DNA of 64,000 nt from an uncultured Alphaproteobacteria bacterium (GTDB lineage: Bacteria; Pseudomonadota; Alphaproteobacteria; Rhizobiales; Xanthobacteraceae). Positions 29,926-41,742 of this stretch are shown in pieces (position 1 is the stretch's first letter; each line of letters begins with the position of its first letter). The translations under genes and the position numbers were made by a program. Under the pieces are notes generated by a model. The model saw only the letters and a list, made by a program, of their open reading frames with translations. It was not told the origin of the DNA and made no database searches. The stretch lies in contig CAVREN010000064.1 in NCBI GenBank assembly GCA_963720115.1, positions 35,753-99,752 on the forward strand, read 5' to 3'.

Positions 29926-31602
29926 ATGCTCGCACGATTGTCCATCCGCGATATCGTCCTGATCGATCGCCTGGACATCGATTTCGGCGCAGGCCTTGCC
30001 GCGCTCACCGGCGAGACCGGCGCCGGGAAGTCGATCCTGCTCGACGCGTTTGCGCTCGCGCTAGGCGCGCGCGGCGAGGCGGCACTGGTGCGCGAGGGTG
30101 CGGAACAGGGCCAGGTGATCGCCGCCTTCGAGCTTGCCAAAACCCATCCCGCGCGTCGGCTCCTCGCTGACAACGATCTGATCGCCGATCCCGCGGCCGA
30201 GGACGAGCTGATCGTGCGCCGCGTGCAGTTTGCCGACGGTCGCACCCGCGCCTTCATCAACGATCAGCCGGTGAGCGTGCAGGTGTTGCGCGCGCTCGGC
30301 TCCGCCTTGGTCGAAATTCACGGCCAGCACGACGACCGCGCTTTTGTCGAGGCGGCGACGCATCGCGCCTTGCTCGACGCCTTCGGCGGCCTCGAAGACG
30401 CCGCCGCCCAGGTGCGCTCGGTGTGGGAACAACGCCGCGCGCGCGAGGCTGCGGTCGCAGCGCATCGCGCCGACGTCGAACGAGCCCGCCGTGAGGCCGA
30501 ATGGCTGCGCCACGCCGTCGATGAGCTCGGGCAGCTCGCGCCGCAAGGCGGCGAGGAAACCGCGCTCGCCGACCGGCGCGCCGCCATGATGCAGGCGGAA
30601 AAATCCGCCGAGGATTTGCGCGCGACGCTCGACGCTGTTTCCGGTCCGCAATCGCCGGTGCCGCCGCTTGCCACCGCGGTGCGGCGGCTGGAACGTCGTG
30701 CTGTGCAGGCGCCGGCGTTGGTCGAGCCGGTGGTGAAGGCGATCGACGCCGCGCTCACCGCGCTTGACGACGCGCGCACCCATCTCGAGCATGCTTTGCG
30801 CGTCGCCGATTACGATCCGGGCGAGCTCGAGCGCATCGAGGAGCGGCTGTTCGCGCTGCGCGCCGCCGGCCGCAAATACAATGTCCCGGTCGACGAGCTT
30901 GCGGCGCTTGCCCGCCGCCACGAAGGCGATCTGGCGCTCATCGACGCCGGCGCCGAGCGGCTCGCCGCGCTCGAAAAAGAAGCGCAAGAAGTGGTCGCGC
31001 GCTATCGGCAGGCGGCGGAAGCGCTCTCGGCCGCGCGCAAGCGCACCGCGCAGAAGCTCGACAAGGCGGTGAATGCCGAACTCAAGCCGCTCAAGCTCGA
31101 GCGCGCGCAATTTACCACCCAGATCGAAAGCGATGGCGAGGGTCCCGAGGGGCTCGAGCGCGTCGAGTTCTGGGTGCGCACCAATCCGGGCACCCGGCCG
31201 GGTCCGCTGATGAAGGTCGCTTCCGGCGGCGAATTGGCGCGCTTTCTGCTCGCGCTCAAGGTGGTGCTAGCCGACCGCGGCTCGGCCCCGACGCTGATCT
31301 TCGACGAGATCGATACCGGCGTCGGCGGCGCCACCGCCGCCGCCATCGGCGCGCGGCTGGCGCAGCTCTCCGCGGGCGTACAGGTGATCGCGGTCACGCA
31401 CGCGCCGCAAGTGGCGGCGCGCGCCGACCGGCATTATCTCATTTCCAAGGACGCGCTCGCCAAGGGCAAGCGGGTTGCCACCCGCGTCACCGAGCTGGAA
31501 GCCGAGCGCCGCCGCGAGGAGATTGCCCGCATGCTCGCCGGCGCCGAGATCACCGCCGAAGCGCGCGCCGCCGCCGAGCGGCTGATCCGGGCGGCAGGCT
31601 AG
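29926..31602 (+). CDS. recN: DNA repair protein RecN
   Basis: 558-aa SMC-like ORF with an N-terminal Walker A (LTGETGAGKSILLDA), a coiled-coil middle and a C-terminal signature plus Walker B (ASGGELARFLLALK ... LIFDEIDTGVGG). Confidence 0.95.
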   Translation: MLARLSIRDIVLIDRLDIDFGAGLAALTGETGAGKSILLDAFALALGARGEAALVREGAEQGQVIAAFELAKTHPARRLLADNDLIADPAAEDELIVRRVQFADGRTRAFINDQPVSVQVLRALGSALVEIHGQHDDRAFVEAATHRALLDAFGGLEDAAAQVRSVWEQRRAREAAVAAHRADVERARREAEWLRHAVDELGQLAPQGGEETALADRRAAMMQAEKSAEDLRATLDAVSGPQSPVPPLATAVRRLERRAVQAPALVEPVVKAIDAALTALDDARTHLEHALRVADYDPGELERIEERLFALRAAGRKYNVPVDELAALARRHEGDLALIDAGAERLAALEKEAQEVVARYRQAAEALSAARKRTAQKLDKAVNAELKPLKLERAQFTTQIESDGEGPEGLERVEFWVRTNPGTRPGPLMKVASGGELARFLLALKVVLADRGSAPTLIFDEIDTGVGGATAAAIGARLAQLSAGVQVIAVTHAPQVAARADRHYLISKDALAKGKRVATRVTELEAERRREEIARMLAGAEITAEARAAAERLIRAAG

Positions 31603-31635
31603 CGTTCCCGGTGGATCGAGTGCGGGTGTCGCGTT

Positions 31636-34058
<2,423 letters not shown>

Positions 34059-34101
34059 GCATCATTTTCCCGGTTCATCGTCCTTGAAAGCAGCGCCGGC
34101 G

Positions 34102-34140
34102 GCGAAGCAATCCAGTCACCAGGCTTTTGGATTGCTTCGC
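34102..34140. terminator. 13-bp-stem hairpin between the convergent ligA and DUF3309 genes (candidate bidirectional terminator / REP-like)
   Basis: GCGAAGCAATCCA-(13 nt)-TGGATTGCTTCGC is a perfect inverted repeat. It is followed by TCGCGCTCGCAATGACG, typical of a repeat motif I associate with this bacterial group. Confidence 0.5.
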
Positions 34141-34177
34141 TCGCGCTCGCAATGACGCGCCAAAATGCCCAACGCCG

Positions 34178-34333
34178 CTATATGCCTCCGACCAGGACCA
34201 GCACCAGCACAATGATCAGAATGAGGCCGATGCCGCCGCCGGGATAGTAGCCCCAGCCGTTCGAATACGGCCATGTCGGCAGTGCGCCGACCAGCAAAAG
34301 AATGAGAAGGATGATCAGAATCGTCCCAAGCAT
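34178..34333 (-). CDS. Small membrane protein, DUF3309-like (51 aa)
   Basis: MLGTILIILLILLLVGALPTWPYSNGWGYYPGGGIGLILIIVLVLVLVGGI has two hydrophobic helices flanking a W/Y/G-rich loop. A GAGGA lies about 6 nt upstream of ATG 34333. The longer track ORF (to 34561) is not supported. Confidence 0.75.
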   Translation of the reverse strand: MLGTILIILLILLLVGALPTWPYSNGWGYYPGGGIGLILIIVLVLVLVGGI

Positions 34334-34653
34334 GGGTTTCCTCGCTCCTGTCCAACCCCGCCGGGAAACGCCTCCCGCGGTGGAGAAGTTCCGCTGACAG
34401 GGCGAAGCGCTCCACAAGAAAAAGAGTCGCAGCGCCGGAACAAAGACGGGCTGAACAAAAAGAACATGGCGAACAAAAAACGTCTCTGAGCTGGAACAAA
34501 AGCCGGCGCTGATTTGCAATTCAGCGGAATGGCTTGTCGTGGCCTCACTCGTGCCGGCCATTCACATCTTGATTTCTTCTCGACGGGATCCCGATTGAAG
34601 ACGTGGATGCCCGCGACAAGCGCGGGCATGACGATACGATCGGGCTTTCTCTT

Positions 34654-36490
34654 TTAGTTGCGCGGCGGCGGGATGGTGGCCGCGAACAGCCAGGCGCGCG
34701 CTGTGGTATCAAGATGCGGCGCCAGCATTTCGCGCACGCGCGACTGATAAGCGTCGAACCAGGCGCGCTCGTCCGAAGTCAGCATCGCTGGATCGATCAG
34801 CCGCGCATCGATCGGCGCGAGCGTCAGCGTCTCGAAGGCATTGAGCGGCTTTTCGGCGCCGGGCACCTCGGGCGCTTCCGTCACCAAAACCAGAACTCTC
34901 GATGCGGATGCCATAGGCGCCGGCGCGGTAATAGCCGGGCTCGTTGGAAAGGATCATGCCGCGTTTGAGCGGCGCGCTGCCGAGCTTGGCGATGCGCGCC
35001 GGCCCTTCATGCACCGACAAGTAGCTGCCGACGCCATGGCCGGTGCCGTGATCGAAATCGAGGCCGGCGCGCCAGAGAAACTGCCGCGCGAACGAATCGA
35101 GCTGGGCGCCGGTAGTGCCGTCCGGGAAGACCGCACGCGCGATGGCGATATGGCCTTTGAGCACCAGCGTGAAATTGCGCCGCATCTCGGCGCTCGGCAG
35201 GCCGACCGCTATGGTGCGCGTGATATCGGTGGTGCCGTCTTCATATTGGCCGCCGGAATCGAGCAGAAACAGATCGTGGGAGCCGATGCGGCGGTTGGTC
35301 TTGCGTGTCACGCGGTAATGCACGATGGCACCGTTCGGTCCAGCGCCGGCGATGGTCGGGAAAGAAATGTCCTTGAGCAGTCCGGTTTCGCGCCGAAAGC
35401 TTTCCAGCGCCTCAACCGCGGCGATTTCCGTCAGGTCGCCGCGAGCCGCCGCGCGCTCGAACCAGGCGAGGAAGCGCGTCACCGCCAGGCCGTCGCGCAG
35501 TTGCGCCGCGCGCGCACCTTCGATCTCGACCGCGTTCTTCACTGCCTTCATCGGCGTGATCGGGTCGCCGCCGCGCACCACCGAGCCGCCATTCTCGGTG
35601 ACGAGCCGCGCGATCGCCTCGGGGCAAGCGGCCGGATCGAGCCGCACGGCGCGGTGCTCCCCGCCGAGCGCAGCCACGTCGCGCTCGAACGCGGCATTCG
35701 GCCGAACGTCGGCGACCTCTTCCAGCTGTGCGCGGATTTCGTTGCCGACCTTGCGCAAGTCGACAAAGATCGTCGGCCGGCCGTCCCTCGGCACGGTCGC
35801 GAAAGCGAGCACCACCGGCGTATGCGGCACGTCGCTGCCGCGGATGTTGAACAGCCACGACACGGCATGCGGGTCGGAGACCATCAGCGTGTCGGCTCCA
35901 TCCTTCGCAAGCTCTGCGCGGACGCGCGCAAGCTTGCTGGCCGCCTCTTCTCCGGCATAGCGCACGTCGTGTGCGACCACCGGGCCGAGCGGCGGCTCGG
36001 GCCGGTCGGCCCAGATGGCGTCGATCGGATTGTCGTCGACCGCAACAAGAGTAGCGTGCGCTTCGGTGCAGGCTTTGGCGAGCCGTTCGGCGCCGTCGAT
36101 GGTGTGCAGCCAGGGCGAATAGCCGAGCTTCGCGCCGGCCGGCACATTGGCCTTGATCCAGGCCGGCGGCGGGTTCTCCACCAGGTGCTCGATGGTGAAC
36201 GCCGCGCCGTCCACTTCGTCGCGCACCTGCACCTGATAGCGGCCGTCGACGAACAGCACGGCGCGGTCGGCCAGGATGATCGCCATGCCGGCCGAGCCGG
36301 AAAAGCCGGTGAGCCAGGCGAGCCGCTCGTCGCTCGACGGCACATATTCGTTCTGAAAGCGGTCGGCGCGCGGCACGATGAAGCCGTCGAGCCCGCGCAC
36401 GAAGAGTTCCGTGCGCAGCGCCTTGACCCGCTCCGCCGCGGCGCCGCCATCGGTGCGGTCGTCGAATGATTGAAAATGAGCTTCGAACAT
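34654..36490 (-). CDS. pepP: Xaa-Pro aminopeptidase (M24B, aminopeptidase P), frame interrupted near 34890-34900
   Basis: ORF 34709-36526 carries M24 motifs (DITRT, HGTGHGVGSYLSVHEGP, SNEPGYY). After ...AYGIRIE the conserved C-terminus (VLVLVTEAPEVPGAEKPLNAFETLTLAPID...) continues in another frame (ORF 34654-34914). The start was chosen at ATG 36490 (MFEAHFQSF). Confidence 0.85.
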
Positions 36491-36577
36491 GCGCCGCAAT
36501 CTATGAGGTGCGGCGTGTCTCGGCAATGAACCGGCCGCCGGCCGGGAAGGATGGCGCGCGAAACGCGCCGGATGAGG

Positions 36578-37570
36578 TTAACAGCGGCGGGTTCGCACCA
36601 GCACCAGCGTGGTCCAGCCGTCGATGTCGAGGCGGCGTTGCAGTGCCAGCGGGCGGTAGGCGGCGGTCACCGCATTGGCCTGCGACGGCAATATGCCCGA
36701 GAGCACGACCCGGCCGCCGGGTGCGGCAAGCTCCCGCAACGGCGTGGCGATGCGCTTGAGCGGCCCGAGCAGGATGTTGGCGAAGATCAGATCGTAGGGC
36801 GCGTGCGCGCGGATCGCCCGCGCGCCGACACCGTCCGCCTGTACGGCCGACAGCAGATTGCCGGCGCGGTTGTGCTGGGCATTGCTGCGCGCGGTTCTCA
36901 CAGCGAAGGCGTCGATGTCGGTCGCCAGCACGTGTGCATGCAGCGCGCGAGCGGCGGCGATCGCCAGCACGCCGGAGCCGGTGCCGACATCGAGAATGCG
37001 CAAGCGAGTTTGTGCCGAGGTATTTGATTCCCTCTCCCTGAAACGGGGAGGACGGTTCGCGTGAGCGAACCGGGTGAGGGTCATTGCAAGTTTTGACCGC
37101 CTCCTCGCCTTGCAGATCGCATCGAGCGCCAGCAGGCAGCCGCGCGTTGTGCCGTGGTGGCCGGTGCCGAAGGCAAGCGCCGCTTCGATCTCGATGCCGA
37201 TGCGGTTGAACGGAATGCGGCCGCGGTCATGCGCGCCGTGCACGATAAAGCGGCCGGCTTCGACCGGCTGCAATCCGGCGAGACTTTCGCGCACCCAATC
37301 GGCGGCTTCCACCGATCCGAATTGCAGCGTCGCCGCAGCTTCGGCGCCTGCGACCTCGGCCACCGCGTCCCGCACCGGCTCCCGCTCGGCCTTGTTGCGG
37401 AAATGGATCGCGACCTGCCAGCGCCCGCCGCCGGCGTCGGACAGGCTGACAGCGATATCCTCAAGCGTGAAGCGCTCGGCGATGTGCTCGGCGATCGCCT
37501 GCGCGGTTATCAGATTGGTATCCAGCCTTGCCACCAGCGACGGCGCGTCTGCGGTCGTTTCAGAAGTCAT
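36578..37570 (-). CDS. prmA: Ribosomal protein L11 methyltransferase, carrying an in-frame palindromic-repeat insertion
   Basis: PrmA signatures (FGTGHHGTTRGCL, ILDVGTGSGVLAIAAA, ATDIDAFAV, ANIL). A roughly 30-aa insert (MTLTRFAHANRPPRFRERESNTSAQ), encoded by a REP-like palindrome at 37028-37081, lies just before the SAM-binding DVGTGSG motif. Confidence 0.88.
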   Translation of the reverse strand: MTSETTADAPSLVARLDTNLITAQAIAEHIAERFTLEDIAVSLSDAGGGRWQVAIHFRNKAEREPVRDAVAEVAGAEAAATLQFGSVEAADWVRESLAGLQPVEAGRFIVHGAHDRGRIPFNRIGIEIEAALAFGTGHHGTTRGCLLALDAICKARRRSKLAMTLTRFAHANRPPRFRERESNTSAQTRLRILDVGTGSGVLAIAAARALHAHVLATDIDAFAVRTARSNAQHNRAGNLLSAVQADGVGARAIRAHAPYDLIFANILLGPLKRIATPLRELAAPGGRVVLSGILPSQANAVTAAYRPLALQRRLDIDGWTTLVLVRTRRC

Positions 37571-38289
37571 TGTTTCTTTGGCACTTTCTTATCCGATCCC
37601 CGGTTTTCATCACAATCGGCGAGAACGCGCCACCGTTGCGAAAGCGGAGTGATTATGCCTCGGCGCTCCAGCTGGAAATCACAGGCTTTGCCACAAGGTC
37701 GTCCACAGCAGAGGCATGCTAAGATTCTCTGGCCATGGCCACTCCGACCGGCCGCGTTGCCGGTCTTGCGAACCGATGCGGCCCTTTCCAAACCCGGCAA
37801 GCGCAGGCGATCAACAAGCGGAGGCGGGACGATCGAAGACGACAAGCTGTTGCAGCGCTTCCCAAGCCCGGACGGCAAGCGCTGGTTCGAGCTGCGCCAG
37901 CAGTCCGACGGCAGTGTTTTATTTTCAGGAATTCTCCGAAGCTACTGACGCCATTCCGGTCTACGGCTCCTAGTCGTACGCCGCGCCAGGCTTTAGATGC
38001 GGCTTGTACAAAAGCGCCAAAGCGGCCGAAGACGACTTGCGCAAAATGGTTCCCTGGCTGGGTGGAATTTCAAAGTAAGACGCCAGCAGCGACGCCGAGC
38101 GGAGAATGCGCCGCTGCTCGCGCGCTAACGTTCGATCGCCGACAAAAGCGCAAGTTTTCTGCCGTTGCCAACAAACACGTCACTGGTGCGTCAAAAATTT
38201 GTTATGATTCGCGCGATTCCCGGATCGCGCGAGAACGTTGCGCAAGCGTCGGCGGCCTTTGGAATCGGGAGGCGTTGGTCACGGCCATA

Positions 38290-38452
38290 GAGCATGATCC
38301 GGAAAAGTGGAGACCGGTTTTCCGAAAAGATCATGCTCAAACATGAGAGCATGATCTGGAAAGGTGGACACCGGTTTTCCGAAAAGATCATGCTCAAACA
38401 CGAGAGCATGATCCGGATAAGTGGAAACCGGTTTTCCGAAAGGATCGTGCTC
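38290..38452. repeat. Three tandem copies (period 57 bp) of the 49-bp palindromic repeat
   Basis: Copies lie at 38290-38338, 38347-38395 and 38404-38452. The consensus is GAGCATGATCCGGAAAAGTGGAAACCGGTTTTCCGAAAAGATCATGCTC, with 8-bp spacers AAACA(T/C)GA. The array sits immediately upstream of the ParA-like gene. Confidence 0.9.
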
Positions 38453-38525
38453 AAACGCAACGTTAGAGCGGGATGACAACTCGAAAAAGGTCATCCCGCT
38501 ACAGCCCGCTCGGGAGAAAACTCGC

Positions 38526-39203
38526 ATGAATGTCATCGTCTTTGCTTCCCGCAAGGGTGGTTCCGGCAAGAGCACGCTGGCGGCACATCTGGCTGCTTAC
38601 GCCCACAAACCCTTGCGGCCTTGTCTGCTTATTGACACCGATCCGCAAGGCTCGCTCGCGCTCTGGCATAAGCTGCGCAACGATGCCGAACTGCCGCTGA
38701 AAGCGACCCAGCGCGGCGTCGCCGATATCGTCAAGGCCGCCAAGCGCGACGGCACCGAATGGGTCTTTATCGACACCGCGCCCAACATGTCGGCGGGCGT
38801 TACCGATGCGATCCGCGCCGCCACGCTCGTGGTGGTGCCTTGCCGGCCGGGCGTGTTCGATCTCGAAGCGGTCAAGGAGACCGTCGCCTTCGCCCGCGAG
38901 CTGCGCAAGCCCTATGCGGTGGTGATCAACGGTGCGCCGCCGCGCCGCGAGGACATCGAATCGCCGATGGTGACGCACGCGCGCGAAAGCCTGCTCGGGC
39001 TGCGCATCCCGGTCTGGGGCGGCCAGATCACCCAGCGCGCGAACTTCTCGCTTGCCTTGGCGGAAGGCGAGGGCGCCAAGGAATACCAGCCGGAGTCCTT
39101 TGCTGCGGCCGAAATCGGCCGGCTATGGACGGCGATCGAGAAGTCGGTGCGCGCCATTCACGGCGCGCGCGAAGCCGCCGCCATGCATAAGGTCGCAGCG
39201 TAG
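38526..39203 (+). CDS. ParA/MinD-family ATPase (orphan, no ParB seen)
   Basis: 225 aa counted from ATG 38526 (MNVIVFASRKGGSGKSTLAAHLA) with a deviant Walker A KGGSGKST and Walker B VFIDTAP. GGGAGA lies about 9 nt upstream. Confidence 0.85.
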   Translation: MNVIVFASRKGGSGKSTLAAHLAAYAHKPLRPCLLIDTDPQGSLALWHKLRNDAELPLKATQRGVADIVKAAKRDGTEWVFIDTAPNMSAGVTDAIRAATLVVVPCRPGVFDLEAVKETVAFARELRKPYAVVINGAPPRREDIESPMVTHARESLLGLRIPVWGGQITQRANFSLALAEGEGAKEYQPESFAAAEIGRLWTAIEKSVRAIHGAREAAAMHKVAA

Positions 39204-39372
39204 CTTCCTCCCGCTTGTCCCCGCGGCGGCGGGGACCCGGAACTGGATTCCCGCTTGCGCGGGAATGAGCGGGAAAATTGCGATGCGCTGGCGGATGACC
39301 GGCCAGTGAGGGCACTGGCTAACAGCGCTTCCGGTCGCGCTGAACAGAAGATCCGCGCGCCAGGGCGTCGAA

Positions 39373-39867
39373 CTAGTCGGAATGGACAACGTAAAGAACG
39401 GCGCTCTGTCCAACCTGAGAAAACGAAATTTCCATCGCGCCGAGTTTCCAGGAGGCCGTGGTCCCGAGGTCGTATTTCTCGAGGTTGTTTGGCGTGCCGA
39501 AGCGCTCTGACAGATCGTCCAATAGCCGTGCGGGATTGGTCAGTGAGTAGGCACATGCCCGGTGCAGATTGGGTCCGTGCGCCACCCAGAATGACAAGGA
39601 CTCGCTGCCGTCTTTGTCTCCTCGCCGCCAACCCGAAACCTCCACCGCGTCGCCGCTATAAGCGACGAAGCCCGCGCGCCAGTCTTCGAGTTCTGCGGGG
39701 GTCATGTGCCGCCAACCGAGTTGGCCGCCTTTCGCCTCTGCCTCCGCAATCGTCGTGGAGCCGCAGAAGTCGACCAGTTGCGCAAGCGTCAGCATGGACG
39801 GCGTCGCCGCCGCGGCTCCGGCGGCAAACAGCACGCTGAAGGCAACACCGATCATGACATTGGGCAT
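39373..39867 (-). CDS. Hypothetical exported protein
   Basis: 164-aa ORF with a signal-peptide-like N-terminus (MIGVAFSVLFAAGAAAA) and ordinary, non-shadow composition. No family was recognised. Confidence 0.55.
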   Translation of the reverse strand: MPNVMIGVAFSVLFAAGAAAATPSMLTLAQLVDFCGSTTIAEAEAKGGQLGWRHMTPAELEDWRAGFVAYSGDAVEVSGWRRGDKDGSESLSFWVAHGPNLHRACAYSLTNPARLLDDLSERFGTPNNLEKYDLGTTASWKLGAMEISFSQVGQSAVLYVVHSD

Positions 39868-39935
39868 GCGCGACGGCCGCCTGCGCGATGCGGGTCGACG
39901 GCGCGGAATGGCGGGCGTTGGCGTGACAGCAGAAC

Positions 39936-40727
39936 TCAGTACAGCCCCGGCGGCCGCAGCACATAGACCGGCGGCGGCTGCGGCGGATAGTAACCCGGCG
40001 GCTGCTGCGCGTAATAAGGCTGCTGCTGGCCGTAATAGGGCTGCGGCGCCTGCCGGTAGTAGCCCTGCGGTGGCTGCGCGTAAGCCGGTTGCTGCGCCTG
40101 ACGGTAATATTGCTGTTGCCCGTAGCCCTGCGCCGGATAGGGCTGCGGCGGCGCCGGCTGATAATCATAACCGGGCGGCGCGGCTTGCGCCGGCTGCGCT
40201 GCGACCGGCTGGGCTGGCGCACGCCGCCGCGCCATCTCTTCGCCGCCGCGCGCCGGCGCCTGGCCGGAAACGACGACCGTGGTCTGGCTCATGCCTTGAC
40301 CCTGCACCAGCGCGAACAGCGTCGCCGCATTGGCGGGCGCCAGGCGCACGCAGCCATGCGACACCGGCTGGCCGAGATGCTTCACGTCGAAAAAGCCGTG
40401 AATGGCGTGGCCGTGCATGTCGAAGAACATGGTGTGAGGCATCGGCGCATTGTCCCACTCCTGCGACAGGTGGTCGGCGTCCATGCGGTTCACCTTGAAG
40501 GTGCCGTTCGGCGTGTCGTAACCCGCCCGTCCGGTCGAGACCGGCCAGACGTAGCGCATCGCGCCGTCGACCGCGACGGTCATGCGCTGTGCGCTCTTGT
40601 CGATGTTTACGACAATGGCGGCCTGCGCTGTCGCGGCGAACGAGATCGCCAAGACCGCGCCGATCAGCGAGCCGGAATGCCAAGGATTTATCTGCCAAGG
40701 ATTTATCTGCCAAGGACCGATACGCAT
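39936..40727 (-). CDS. L,D-transpeptidase (YkuD domain) with a P/Q/Y-rich C-terminal tail
   Basis: Catalytic motif VSHGCVRLAPANAATLF. The start was chosen at ATG 40727 (MRIGPWQINPWQINPWHSGSLIGAVLAISFAATAQA signal). The C-terminal roughly 90 aa are low-complexity PPQGYY-type repeats. Confidence 0.85.
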   Translation of the reverse strand: MRIGPWQINPWQINPWHSGSLIGAVLAISFAATAQAAIVVNIDKSAQRMTVAVDGAMRYVWPVSTGRAGYDTPNGTFKVNRMDADHLSQEWDNAPMPHTMFFDMHGHAIHGFFDVKHLGQPVSHGCVRLAPANAATLFALVQGQGMSQTTVVVSGQAPARGGEEMARRRAPAQPVAAQPAQAAPPGYDYQPAPPQPYPAQGYGQQQYYRQAQQPAYAQPPQGYYRQAPQPYYGQQQPYYAQQPPGYYPPQPPPVYVLRPPGLY

Positions 40728-40799
40728 GTGACACCCACAACCGCAGCCGAAGCGTTGGATAACGCGCCCTGACGTAAACAAATCTGTTGCGAGACTTTA

Positions 40800-40901
40800 G
40801 AGCATGATCCGGAAAAGTGGATACCGGTTCTCCGAAAAGATCATGCTCCATCAAATATCTAGAGCGCGATTCCGATTCAACATAAAGCCATCGCGCTCTA
40901 G
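40800..40901. repeat. Composite palindromic repeat (49-bp unit plus CTAGAGCGCGAT/ATCGCGCTCTAG hairpin)
   Basis: GAGCATGATCCGGAAAAGTGGATACCGGTTCTCCGAAAAGATCATGCTC at 40800-40848 is followed by a 12-bp perfect inverted repeat at 40859-40870 / 40890-40901. The architecture matches 2194-2295 in the opposite orientation. Confidence 0.85.
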
Positions 40902-41031
40902 GTCAAATCAAGAGCTTGCGAACCCTCAACCGGCAGGATGGTGAATGAGGCGGGCGAAAGCTTGGGTGAAATGCGGCGGGATTGGTTAGGTCCTATTACA
41001 TTTTCGACATGTGGCGGTCGTCATTCCTGCT

Positions 41032-41232
41032 TCGTCATTCCGAGGCGCCACGTAGTGGCGAGCCCGGAATCCATAATCAGAAGCGTTTGAGAAAAGGCTC
41101 GGAACGTCACGGGAAGCACCGTGGCTGTAAATTCCGGACTCGCTGGCATCAAAGTCGGCTGTCGCCGACTCTGCATCTTAAAGTGCCGATCTCGGGAACA
41201 CCCGAGATCGGGCCCGCGCTCCGGAATGACGG
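41032..41232. repeat. Longer variant of the CGTCATTCCG...CCGGAATGACGG nested inverted-repeat element
   Basis: It shares its termini and the inner GGAATCCATAA / ...AATTCCGGACTCGC segments with 29576-29699 and 29766-29889. It has an extra internal palindrome, GCCGATCTCGGGAACACCCGAGATCGGG. It abuts the yaiI stop. Confidence 0.8.
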
Positions 41233-41742
41233 TCAACCAAACCCGTCGCGTTTGAGCCGCACCAAAGCCTGATCGAGTGCCGAGAGAAAATTCGAGCGGT
41301 CGCGCGGCGCAAACGGCTTCGGCCCGCCGGTGACGGCGCCGGCGCTGCGCAGCGAATCCATCAGATTGCGCGTCGCGAGCGTCATGCCGATCGAGTCTTC
41401 GCTGAACGGCTTGCCATTCGGCGCAATGACGGTCGCGCCATTCTTCACGCAACGGCTCGCCAGCGGCACGTCGGCGGTGATCACCACATCGCCGGCGCGT
41501 GCGCGTTCCGCGATCCAGTTGTCGGCCTCATCCATGCCGCCGCCGACCACGACGCGCTCGACCATCTCATCGCGGGGAACGGCGATCGGGCTGTTGCTGA
41601 CGACAAAGACTTTCAGCGCCGCGCCCTTGAGCGCATGCCGCTCGGCGACGCGATACACCTCCGGCTTCACCGGGCAGGCATCGGCGTCGATGTAGATGTA
41701 GATGGCGATGGGTGTTGGCTGAGGAGCGGGTGAAGAACTCAC
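41233..41742 (-). CDS. yaiI: YaiI/YqxD family protein (UPF0178/DUF188)
   Basis: 169-aa ORF with [11 protein letters not shown] and [11 protein letters not shown] motifs that can be aligned by eye to E. coli YaiI. The GTG start overlaps the uvrD stop (GTGA). Confidence 0.82.
   Translation of the reverse strand: MSSSPAPQPTPIAIYIYIDADACPVKPEVYRVAERHALKGAALKVFVVSNSPIAVPRDEMVERVVVGGGMDEADNWIAERARAGDVVITADVPLASRCVKNGATVIAPNGKPFSEDSIGMTLATRNLMDSLRSAGAVTGGPKPFAPRDRSNFLSALDQALVRLKRDGFG

Noticed and set aside
38290-38452. A regularly spaced repeat array that superficially resembles a CRISPR.
   Set aside because: The spacers are only 8 bp and nearly identical. The repeat is a dispersed palindrome family found at four other loci, and no cas genes are present.
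39052-39631. Several overlapping 85-157-aa ORFs downstream of the ParA-like gene.
   Set aside because: They traverse a REP-like hairpin (GGATTCCCGCTTGCGCGGGAATGA) and the antisense strand of the 39373-39867 gene. Their composition is shadow-like.
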